Shown here: piece after piece, positions 51,068 through 62,666 of the stretch | How the letters are laid out: every line of letters begins with the position of its first letter | Position numbering within the stretch: position 1 is the stretch's first letter | Source of the DNA: Fistulifera solaris | Lineage: Eukaryota | Length of the DNA: 64,000 bases | Reading direction: 5' to 3' | Assembly (NCBI GenBank): GCA_030295235.1 | Contig: AP026179.1 | Coordinates: 62,001 to 126,000, forward strand | The notes under the pieces: generated by a model | What the model was told of the DNA's origin: nothing | The model's database searches: none | Seen by the model: the letters and a program-made list of their open reading frames with translations, nothing else | Made by a program: the position numbers and the translations under genes

Positions 51068-51385
51068 AACGAATCGAACGAATTGGAACCTGAACAGTTG
51101 GAACTGTTGACCAAACCGACTGGAACTGACAACATGGCCGATCAGTTTGATTATTTGAGCAATCATTTGGATGGAGAAGCGCCTCCGGCGACAGTTCTAA
51201 GCGTCGCTGAGCAGTTAGAAGGGAATAACGAATTGAACGAATTGGAACCTGAACAGTTGGAACTGTTGACCGAACCGACTGGAACTGACAACATGGCCGA
51301 TCAGTTTGATTATTTGAGCAATCATTTGGATGGAGAAGCGCCTCCGGCGACAGTTCTAAGCGTCGCTGAGCAGTTAGAAGGGAAT
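51068..51385 (+). repeat. 159-bp tandem duplication spanning the probable gag start
   Basis: Two near-identical copies (51068-51226 and 51227-51385), each containing MADQFDYLSNHLDG. Confidence 0.9.
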
Positions 51386-52723
51386 ATTCCGTTCCCAAAG
51401 AAAGACAGAAAGGACTTGAGTACTAAGGAGTACAATTATCTTCAGCGAGCATGCCACGGAAGGGATTGAACCGCAGTTTGATTCCATGGATACTGTGAAT
51501 TTGAAGGTTGCAGCCTCGGGCGGAGACATTGGCGAAGTGGTATCGTGTGGATCTTCGTATCGGGACATTGCGGCGAGAAAATGCGGATGTACGACATGTT
51601 GGATGTTTTTGACATTCCGACCGGTTTCGTGCACCATCCTGGATATGGAATTGAGGTCCCGGCGCCAGATGCAAAGCTTGTTTCGCTTCTTTCAGCGTTA
51701 TTCGGGAAGTGAGCATGGAGAATATTAAAAAGCATTCGGTGTTTTTGGCGAGTGTTCCTCGACAGAAATACAAAAGGGAAAATTTGGCTTGGTCTGGAGA
51801 ATTGATTCTCAACAGTTGTTCTGAAGAGCTTCGTACGAGGATCGAAACTCAGGCGCAGGGGCTTCCGGAGATTCATCGGACTGGCCCGGTGTACTTTAAA
51901 ATGATGATGGAATTCGTTGTTGTGCGTGATTCGGCGACGCTCCGTGGATTGATTGATCAGTTTGAGAGCTTAAGTGTGACCGACTTTCCTGGTGAAAATG
52001 TTCGCAGTTACTGCACGGTTGCACATGGTGTGTTCAATATGCTTTCGAATGTGGATACGTTTACAGGAAATGCGACTGTGCCTGACTTTGTGAATATTAT
52101 CGAACGTTCACTAGTCAAAAGTTCGACGGAAGAATTCAACCGCAAGCTTACTACTTTCAGAGCTGTGGCAGGAGATAGTTGCACGGTGGAAGATATTACT
52201 ACAAAGGCCAACAATCTATATTCTGGGTTGATTGGTGCTAGTTTGTGGGCAGTGGCGATGGAAAGGAAGAGACCGGATTCTTTACTGGAAATTGCTACAA
52301 CTGTGGGAAGGAAGGCCACATGGCCAAGGACTGCAAAGCGCCAAAGAAAGAGAATAATAATGAGCGCGATGGTCGTGGAGAAGGCCGTGGAGGTCGTGGT
52401 CGAGGAAGAGGCGGTCGAGGGAGGTCGTGGAGGCCGAGGTGGCGGCAAGCAGAACGATAAGTCCGGCAACCAAGGCGATAAAGACCCTTACCGCACTCCC
52501 CCCAAAGAAAGGAGAACCTCATAAGAAGGTTATTGATGGGAAAACGGTCTATTGGTGTGGTCGATGCAACAGATGGAACGATCATGACACCGACACGCAT
52601 CGTGCTATGGTGGCTAATTTTGGATCGGACGATTCTGCAAAGTTGGATGGCAAGAAGAATTCGAACTCCGACGGGAAGCATCAAGATAAAGAAGGTGGTC
52701 AAGGAAATTCACCGGCAAGTTGA
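51293..52723 (+). CDS. Copia gag (frameshifted in this assembly)
   Basis: TGPVYFKMM and DFPGENV motifs, zinc knuckle CYNCGKEGHMAKDC, RGG-rich stretch, and YWCGRCNRWNDHDTDTH. Confidence 0.85.
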
Positions 52724-53159
52724 CGCCCGCTCGTTTTTAATGGGCCGCTTCACCGGTTTTCTGGACCGATGGAGCGGATGGCCCAAACTTTCCAGAATTG
52801 AAAAGATGAGTGCGGGTGCAATCATTAATTCACTTGCATTCTTTTTTTGGATTGTTTCCTTTGGAGTGATTATCTGTTGTGCTTTCAATGAAGTTACGGA
52901 AGTGCACAGTTTGTTTGTGATTGGGGAATTTTATGGAAGAATTTATTTTGTGGCGCAAGGAGTGTACGCGCTGACAGATTTTCTGCCAATTTGGTTTGCG
53001 CCACAAGGACCAAGGCGTTCGAACCGAGTTAAAGTTGGAAAGAAGAAGAGACGAAAGCGAGGTGTCTGGTTTGGCAGGAGGAAGCGTCGGTGTGCAAGAA
53101 GCTTCATGAAACGGTCCGCAATTAGACGTTTGCTGAAAGCCGGATGAAGCGTATGCCGA

Positions 53160-56100
53160 TTGGTTGAGAGGCTGGGCCGATCGACCGCCTCAACGGCCAG
53201 AGCCATTTTACAAGACCTTTGCAAGACAGTCATTTGCACATGTGTTTACTGCGTCGTGTGCACAGAACCCACATTTTCATTGGGAAGTTTATCGAGCTAC
53301 ATTGCTACGCTTTATCCATTGCTGGATACTGGTCAAGGTCATCCAGTTGATGGTTGTTTTCATTTACAAAGTGTTTACTTCGGCAATGTGTCAGAGACGC
53401 CAATCGTTTTTGATACTGGAGCATCCACCGGAGTGACGCCACATCGAGAAGACTTTGAAGAGTTTCATAACTCCGACGGAAATTTAACAGGCATTGCACA
53501 GAAGGCTCAAGTGAAAGGATGGGGCTTTGTTAGGTGGCAAATTCGTGATGACAATGGACAAGTTCAAGAGATCCGTCATCGAGCGCTGTATGTTCCTTCG
53601 GGCGCAGGTAATGCGATTGTTCAGCCCTCAAGTTCATTTCCAGGTTGAAGCCAGAGGGGGCAATGGATCATTCATGGTCAATGAACATGGATGTGTTTTC
53701 CGGTTTCCATTTCACGAAGTCCAAGCTTACGTTTTACGCTACCAAAGATCGTCTTCCTATTGCACGTCCAACAACGTGTGATGCTTCGATGGTCGATCAA
53801 GCATTTGCTGTGGCTCCTAGCTCTATTCAAGTTACTTTGGAAGAGAATTTGAACCTGACGCCCAGCGTGAATTGAAGTTGATTCATGATTGTTTGGGGCA
53901 TTTTAACTTTCAGTGGATTCAGCGACTCACACGAGTTCGAGAGGGGGATAAGGCATCGGTACCAATTATTCCTACGCTGATATGAAAAGACGTCCTCGTG
54001 CGAGCCGCCGATTTGTGCTGCATGTCAATACGGAAAAGCGAAAAGACGTGCAATTGAGACCGAAAAGCAGTCAAAAATTCCGAGTCGAGACGGCGTGTTG
54101 AAGGCCGGCATCCTACAGCCAGGCCAAGTCGTTTCATCTGATCAGTTTACTTCAACTGAACGTGGTCGACGATTGGAGACTCGTGGAAAAGAGCAAGAGA
54201 ATGAGAAGTATGGCTATGGAACTATATTCGTTGATACAGCAACGAGTTACATGTTTGTGCCGAAATCAGATTACAACGACGGCTGCAGAGACGCTCAGAG
54301 CGAAGCATGCATTTGAGCAGGAAGTGAGATCGTATGGTGTTGAGATTCAGGGATACCGTACGGATCAAGGAGTTTACAAGTCGCGAGAATTCATGAAAGA
54401 TTTAGAGCTGAAAGGGCAGAGTGTCAAGTTTTCTGGCGTTGGAGCTCATCATCAAAATGGTATTGCAGAGAAGGCAATACGAACGATTACCGAGAGTGCA
54501 AGAACAATGCTATTACATGCAATGATTCACTGGCCAGCTGAGACAAGTATTGATTTGTGGCCATTTGCAGTGGACTATGCAGTCTATCTTTGGAATCGAC
54601 TTCCGAAAAAGGACACTGGTTTGGCACCCATTGAGTTATTTTCAGGAGTTACAATGAACATGGATGTTTTGCAGAAAATGAGAGTCTTTGGATGTCCGTG
54701 TTACGTTTTGGATGCAAAAGTTCAGGACGGAAAGAAGTTACCTCGTTGGCAACCCGAAAAGCCGAAGAGGACAGTTTTTGGGTATGTCGGCGCGCCACGC
54801 GAGTACGATTGGTTTGATAAGGAACTTGCGGACTGGTGCAGTATCATCACAATTTCATGTGGTGTATGATGAAAGGTTTACGACAATTCCGTTGGTACAG
54901 AATCCAAATGCCGACGAGCCTGAGCCTAAAAATTGGGAAGAGTTGTTGACATTTAGCAGAGACAAAGTGGATCTGGATGATGAACCGCCTCTGTTGCACG
55001 AAGATTGGCTTACCGATCAAGAAAAGTTGAAGAGAGAAGAGTTTCTTAAGCGACGAGCACAGAGTCGGAGTCTGGTCCCGCCTGTGAGAAAGGTACAAGC
55101 TGTGGAGAATGATTTGAATGAAGTGGAAGTAGACGTACCGTTATTGTTTCCAGAGGGAGATGATGACATAGTGGATGAAGATGAGGAACCCCAACCACCA
55201 AGGAGAAGTGGAAGAAATCGTCATTGGAATCGAAAGTTTTACGGTCCCGATTATGCGAATAAGCCGGTGAAAGGAGATCGTTACTATGGTCCCGAAGACG
55301 AAGATGATGCAAACTTTGTCAAATCTGAGTTTGGTTTGAGCGAAGAAGAGAGACTGTTGAATGAGATTGAAGCTGAATTTGGAGTCCTGTCTTCGAATGA
55401 TGCATTCTTGTCGACATTGGATTTTGATGAGGAACCGTTGGCTGTTGGAAATTATTGGGCATATGTTTCGATGATGCAAACACAGCGACGATGACAACTT
55501 GATTGAGGACTTGCATCCGTTTGCTTTTGCTGCGAAGGCGAACAATGAGGATACACCGAACTATTATCAAGCAATGAATGGTCCGGATGCAATTTGTTAT
55601 GAGAAAGCAATGGACAAAGAGTATTATTCGTTGAAAGCATTAGATCCGTGGGATGAAGTACCGAGGTCGGAAGCGATAGAAAAGGCGAATATATTGCCGA
55701 GTACCTGGGCATTCAAATGCAAAAGATATCCCGATGGAACGGTGAAGAAGTACAAAGCGCTGGTGTATTCGAGGAGACCGACAGATTGAAGGAGTTGATT
55801 TCTTTGAAACGTATGCACCGGTAGTTTCGTGGAGTACAGTGCGTCTGTTGTTGATTATGTCGATAGTTTTGGGATTGGCGACACGACAGGTTGATTATAC
55901 GTTAGCCTTTGTTCAAGCCGATCTTGACGAAGAGGTTTATTGTGAGATGCCAAAGCGTTACGATAGACCAGGGTATATTTTCAAGTTGAAGAAGAGTGTT
56001 TATGGATTACGCCAAAGCCCACTGAATTTCTTTAAGACATTGAAGAAAGGATTGGAAGACAGAGGATTTCGTCAGTCGGAAGAATGAGCCGTGCTTGTTT

Positions 56101-57139
56101 CTTTCTGATAAGGTTGTGTGCTTGACCTATGTGGACGATTGTTTGTTCTTTGCACGCGATGTGTCCGATATTGATGAGGTTATTTATGATCTTTGTCACA
56201 ATGAGAAATATCAGAGATTTCAGCTTAAGGTCGAAGATGAGAGCGTCGCTGGATTTCTTGGTATATTGATTGAACGAAAAGAAGACGGAACTCTGGAGTT
56301 GTTGCAAACTGGGCTTATTGATCGAATTGTTGCGACGATGGGATTGCAGGATAGTAGAGAAAATCAAATTCCCGCGAGCCCGACTACACTTGGAAAGGAT
56401 GAGAATGGTGAAGATTGCGTCGAAGCTTGGTCATATGCGAGTGTTGTTGGAATGATGATGTATTTAGCGTCAAATTCAAGACCCGACATTGCATTTGCTG
56501 TTCATCAATGCGCGCGATTCACTCATTGTCCGAAACGAGTACACGAAAGCGTTGAAGACAATCGGTCGATATTTAAAGGCTACGAGAACGAGAGGAATGA
56601 TTATACGTCCAACGAATGATCTGAAATTGGATTTGTTTGTGGATGCTGATTTTGCTGGATTGTGGAATTCGGAAGATGCAAATGATCCGGTATGTGTTAA
56701 GAGTCGAACGGGATATGTCATCACACTCGGTGACGTTCCTGTGTTGTGGGGTTCAAAGTTACAGACGGAAATTTCGCTTTCTACTACGGAAGCAGAGTTT
56801 ATTGCAGCATCGGTTGCAATGAGACAGCTATTGCCTATCAGAGAGGTGATGGAAGAGCTTACTATTCATTTCGGGATTGACAGAGATTCTGCTTCTACAG
56901 TTTCTACCGTATGGGAGGACAACAATGGAGCATTGATTATGATGAACAATGAGTATCCAAAGATGACACCAAGAACGAAGCATATAGCTTGCAAGTACTG
57001 GTGGTTTATTGAGCATTCACGTGAAGGAGAGATTGAGGCAAAGCGCATTGATACGAAACTTCAAAAGGCTGATATTTTCACTAAAGGGTTATCAAAGGTG
57101 GAATTTCAAGCGAAACGAAAGATGTTGATGGGTTGGTGA
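53160..57139 (+). CDS. Copia pol: protease, integrase, reverse transcriptase, RNase H (frameshifted in this assembly)
   Basis: PR: IVFDTGAS. IN: HDCLGH...CAAC, SSDQF, RTDQG, QNGIAE. RT: YGLRQSP, YVDD. RH: DADFAG, STTEAE, ADIFTK. Confidence 0.95.
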
Positions 57140-57233
57140 TTCGATCCTATGACATATCAAGAGAGAGATTACATGTTTAGAGAACTTAGGATTTTAGGAA
57201 TTTGTGAGAGAATGAACTTCGATTGAGAGGGAG

Positions 57234-57447
57234 AGTGAAGATGAATGGGCAATCTCGTTCAAGTATACGTGACTGACTGATACACGAGTTAGTAGAAAAG
57301 TGCGACGTCATCGGAATGACTTGTTGCGATGCAACACCAATCGTAGATAATCTTTAATGTGTTAGGATTGACTTTGTTATTCGAAGTTGTATCGTTGTTT
57401 GCGGATATTGTTGTGATATTCGCTTGAGAATCTCGTTTATTATCGCT
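57234..57447 (+). repeat. 3' LTR
   Basis: Preceded by polypurine tract GAGAGGGAG and followed by TSD AAAGT. Confidence 0.97.
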
Positions 57448-57773
57448 AAAGTGTAACAAAACATCAGCCTCGTTATCGTAGCGGGTTTTAATTTTGCTCT
57501 GGGCATGACGCAGAACACAGGAATGGGACAACAGAACAGCATCGAAATCACCCCGTGACTTACACGTGACGTCGCGATACGGAAAGAATGAAAGGGGAAA
57601 AGCGCGATGCAATTAAAAAAACAAAAGAAACCTTTCACAACAGAAGACTTTCTTTGTATCCATAGCAGCAAACTTACATTACAATCGCATTTCGTGAATA
57701 TAATTAGTAATATATCTGCTAAAAAACGGAGCAACACGAAGCAAGAATCCGCACGCTTTTTTTACGACAAGAA

Positions 57774-60600
57774 ATGAGTGCGTCAGACGATGAGACTCCG
57801 CAAAATTTGACGAGCCATGGATCCAGCAAGGCGCAAACAAACCAAAGTCGACCACAACAAGCTCCTCTCGTTACTTTGAAAAGAGACAATCCAGAAAGTA
57901 CTGCCTCTGTCGCTCAAGATACGTTGTCGCGTACCTTTGCTGTCGAAGAGAATGGAATGACTCCTCTCAATGAAGATCCGGCACATCGCAACAATCAGCA
58001 AGAAGAAAAAGAATCGCCATCTGGAACGACCCGACGTGTGCGTCGACGTGTGGAAGACAATGCCTCACAGCAACTTGTCGAAGCCGATCGTCCTACGAAT
58101 AGCATCAGTAATGGAATCCCCAACGTCAATGCATCCATAGTGCCCCATCATCATCAGCCTTTGGCAGAAAATGAAACCAGCACCGGCACTGCAACCGTTC
58201 CCATACTGGATTCATCTGCTACTAGCCAAGTTGCGGAAGTTCGACCGAGAGAGGAGAACGATAACAATTATTCTCCGAAAATCGCCGAGCGAGTTGTCAA
58301 TGCCGCTCAGAGTACGAACAGCAACACTAATGGGGTCCTTAATGTCCATGCTCAAATCCCGAATTATACTGGCAATGCCGAAGCTCCCACGGCGCGTACT
58401 TCTGTTCATCGCCGCATTGTGAGGGTCCGTAGAGCTGGTCAAGAAGAGATGAACATTGGCGACTATCCCCCAGAAATTGTGGAGCAAGTGGACCGGGCTC
58501 GTCGTCAGTTCGGATTGCCGCCCAATGCACCCTTTCAAGTCAATCGCATCGGAAATGTTTATCAAGATGTATTGAGGGCCGGGGATGGTACTATGCTGCG
58601 TGGGAATTGGCCTGGGCCAGCGGGTGGAAGCGGTCGAGGGAATCGCATCGTCGTGCCCATTCCTATCAACGAGACATTGTCGCGCCGCGAACAAGTGATT
58701 CGCGATGTTCCTTTAGATAACACTCGTCAGCAACACATGATTCCGGCACATGCCAGTTTACGACTAGTTCCGGGAGAAAATGGTCAGCTGCTTCTCCGTA
58801 TTGCGAATGGGAGCACCTCGGCAGTCAACTTTTTCAAAACTCCTTCAACAATCCGCGAATGGTAGCAATCCGCGCCCACCGCAATGGACCGGAAGGACGG
58901 GTGGCGATTCATTTGGAGACAGAAGAGGTGATGCGACAAAGAAATCAAGTTCCGCCCTTGGAGCCGGTAATCCTCCCGGATAGCCAACAAACCATTTCCA
59001 GTAGTGATACTTCACAGGCTAATCCAGATACAGAGAGATTCACTTGCGGTATCTGCTACGAATACATGGAAATGCCCTCGTCTTGCGGACAGTGTTCTGG
59101 TCGATTCTGCAAAGAGTGTTTGATTAAAGTAAAGCAGTCGCAGCGAGGTCTCTGTCCGATCTGTCGAAAGCCTATAGGAGATATACAAGAAGACACCGAG
59201 CTGGCGAAGGTGATGGACGAAGCCTGCAGCGTTCCCTGCCGGTTTGAAGGCTGTAATGCTTCTCTGTCGCTTCGTCAAGTGAAACAACATGAACATTCAG
59301 AGTGTCAAATGGTAAGAGTGTTTTGCCGCTACAAAGAGTATGGGTGTCCATGGAAAGGCCGTCGATGTGATTTGGCGGACCACGAAGAACGAGATTGTAC
59401 TTTGGCGAAAGTTTCGGGGTTGGTCGATCAGGTTCGAACCATGGCTGCCGAGAGGGAGTCTATCGCACGGGAAATGGCAATGCGGATGTCATCATTGGGT
59501 CTTGCAGTAAACCATGAACGTGAAATGACACGTCGACAAACAGCACGATCAACTTCCAATCCAATTGATATCTTATCGTTCGTCATACAAGTAACATGTT
59601 GCAGCCCTTCCTTGATGCAAATAAGAGAAACATGGGCAAACTTGTACGCAACTACGAATGCTCGTGCTGCAGTCTTCAATTGGATCACGCTAGCACCAAC
59701 ATTTTTGCTGGTAGGGCGAGTGATATGGAGGGAGTATTCAAGATTTGTTTTCGTGTTGCGGCATCCACAATTCAGTTTTGATTCAATTGACGAAGAAACA
59801 GCAGGAGTCTTCATTGACTCTGCACTTGGTGTAGCGGCGCTCACCCTAGTCACGCTCCTTATGGGGTTTTCGCTTCTTTTTGACAACAAATCTCACGAAG
59901 GCTGGGATTTTTTCGCTTTCCCTTTGCGTCAGGGCCAATCCCGGTCATGCTATACGCAATCACTATCAGTTCCTTCTTGATATACAGTCTCATTTTTACA
60001 CTGATGGACGGTGTCTTTTTAACAGGTTATTTGGCTCTCGTTCTCTTCACTGCCACTGCTGTACTGCCGATTTCTATTGCTTCGCTATCTTGTAAATTAT
60101 CGCGAGCAGCTTCAACGCCTCTTGGCTTTTCGACTGGAAGGGTTGCGCGCCCTCTCCTTTTTGGGCTCCGTTACGCATTTGTTGTGCACATGACAGATGC
60201 AGTATCTTGCTTTGACGCCCTCTGTTTGCTCCACCTCTTAGATGGCCAATTCAATCTTTTGACCCAGAGCCTTGGTCACAAAGAACTTTTCTTTGACTGG
60301 CCACCCCTTTTGGATGTATTCTTTGTCTCGATAGCACTTGGTAGAGGGGTACGGGAATTTCTTTTGGACGAGAACGACATGAAAGCAACCGCCAACTGGG
60401 GAGCCGCTGTTGTCTTGATTCTTTTGGTGAATATGATTGTTTCTCGTCTCGCAACCATCTTTCAGTGGGTCGGCGTTTACCACTATCAAGTCATTGAGGC
60501 GTCTCCTTCGGATAGCATTGCTGGTCGGAAAGCCAATGCCGTTGGTTTGGGTCTACTATCCTTGACTGTTTGCAGCTATATGATTCTTGCTACCATCTGA
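57774..60600 (+). CDS. RING plus TRAF-type zinc-finger protein with a multi-pass TM C-terminus (putative E3 ligase)
   Basis: CGIC...CGQC...CKEC...CPICR RING; CRFEGC...H...C and CRYKEYGCPW...H...C fingers. Three ORFs joined by frameshifts near 58832 and 59935. Confidence 0.75.
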
Positions 60601-61456
60601 AGCCCGCGTAGCTTTAGATTACTAGTATCTTTTTACTTGAAGGGAGTCTTAGAGCATCTTCCCAGTTGTAGCAACACGCCCATTTGCGAACTAGAGAGAT
60701 ATGTTGATTTAGATTCTAGTTTATATGCCAAGTTGGTTCGAGGTTCCAATGATTTCAGTGAAACCCGATCCTTATTTCCAAACCAAACTTTTCATGACTG
60801 GCGTTGGTTTTTATTCTCACATTATATTTATTGTTATTTATTATCGCATTTTTGTTTTAAAGAGACGATGTTACAAGTACTACTAATTGTGTTTCCTACT
60901 AGTCTCATTTCAACTCCCACATTATTATGGTACTTTAAAGGACTCCCACCATTTGTGTTTTGATTTATTATTGAATCTTCGAGTGATTGTTATTGCGAGA
61001 GGAGGACTCCCACCTGGTCGGACTTTTGATTCGATTTTGCAGGAAAATGCGAGCAATACCCACTTGTGATCACAGTACCTGGTACCAGGTACTAGAGTAG
61101 TGAAGCAGCTTCCCATGAATGGAAATGTGACCACCTATTCGTAGATTCAATGAACACGACAAGTCGCAGGACTCTTATGGGACGCCATCGTATTCGACGT
61201 GGTTACTACGGGGTACTTGTAGAGCATCATCTAAAAAGTCTCCCGCAGTGTGGGATTGACTTTCTTTCCAGCTTTGCGTTGCTTTCTACGAAGAGATGGT
61301 ACAAATAGATTGAAGTCTAAATGAATAAAATGAAGGACCATTGGGTTTACAATCGAAGCCACCTTTCAGTTAAGTTGACTTTTTGTGCTCACAATTTGCC
61401 CTTTCGGTCCACTTTTCGATCTAGCAACTTCTTTTCGTTCGACGTTATCTTCGATC

Positions 61457-62420
61457 ATGCAACTCTCTGCCGCTTTGATGTCTCTCCTCGGTTACAGTGG
61501 AGAACCCACCACCACGCCCATTGCGATCGGTCTCCAGTGCGGAAACGTTAACATGAACAACGTCAGTTATCATGCCAAACAGGTCATGGCCCAAGCCTTG
61601 GGTGGATTCCTACAAGACTTCTTACACCTTGCACGACAACAACGATTCGTTCCTCGCTGGTGTTCACTTTGATCAGTCCCATGCCACCAAGGAGTCTCTC
61701 AAGTGGAATGGAACTTGGAACTATGGTTGCCGCTTGTGCCCCAATGACGATGATTCCACCATGTCGGCCCCCTTTGCTGCGTTCGTTGCGGACCTCGGTT
61801 GCACGGCTTGTGCTCCGACATCAATGGTAGGTGTGAGTGCTTGGGAAGCCACCTTGACCAGCGTTCTTCGTGCTACGAATCATGTCGAGTTGAAGAAAGC
61901 CAACGCTTGTCAGATTTCTTTGCACGATCGTCTCGAGGAAGAAGAAACCGTGGAGCATGTTGAGATTGGCGTCAAGTGCGACAACGCCGACTTTGCTAGT
62001 CTCGGAGCCAAAGCTTCCGGCTTTTCTTCTCGCGCATTGGAAGACTCGTACAACAAGGTCCATGAAATTCTCAAGGGCGGTGACAGCTTCCTTGCTGGTG
62101 TCCATTTCGATGGTGCCCATTCACCGAAAAAAGCCGCTCTCAAGTGGAACGGAACGTGGAACTATGGATGCCGCTTGTGCCCCAACGATGATGACACGCT
62201 CGGAGATGCTTCGGCTGTTGGTGGATACGTGGGAGAGCTTGGCTGTGCCCTCTGTGTTCCCGACAATGGTAACTTGCGCGGGGACGAGACTGTCGTGCGT
62301 GCTTGGGAAGCCGAGTACACCGCGGCCTTGCTCGAGAGTCCGTACGCGGAGTTCGACAACGTCAAGAACTGCAAAATTGACATTGTCGCCAAGTATTCGG
62401 ATGCGGCCGCAAAGGCTTAA
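61457..62420 (+). CDS. Two-repeat Cys-containing hypothetical protein (WNYGCRLCPNDDD)
   Basis: ATG at 61457, frameshift near 61600. Two repeats of about 150 aa, each with DSFLAGVHFD...LKWNGTWNYGCRLCPNDDD...AWEA. Confidence 0.8.
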
Positions 62421-62666
62421 GTAGATGATGGAAAACGCGTCTTTTCAGAGAGATAGAGAATTAACACGAAAAACCCACGTGCTAACTGAAAAGAATACAT
62501 AAGAACTTATGATGGTTTAATATTTTTGGTAGCGAGCCTTGGCTGCTTTGCATAGCGCGACAGCTGTGATTCGTACAGCCTCATTAGAGTGAATTGATAC
62601 AAGATTGATGAGGGGCAGCTGCCATAGCTCAGCTTGAGTTCAAAATAAGGTGAGCAAACGACAAGC

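Larger units (their letters stand above)
50654..57447 (+). mobile_element. Full-length Ty1/copia LTR retrotransposon (CoDi-like)
   Basis: Identical 214-bp LTRs. TSD AAAGT at 50649-50653 and 57448-57452. PBS at 50868, polypurine tract before 57234. Domain order gag-PR-IN-RT-RH. Confidence 0.97.
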
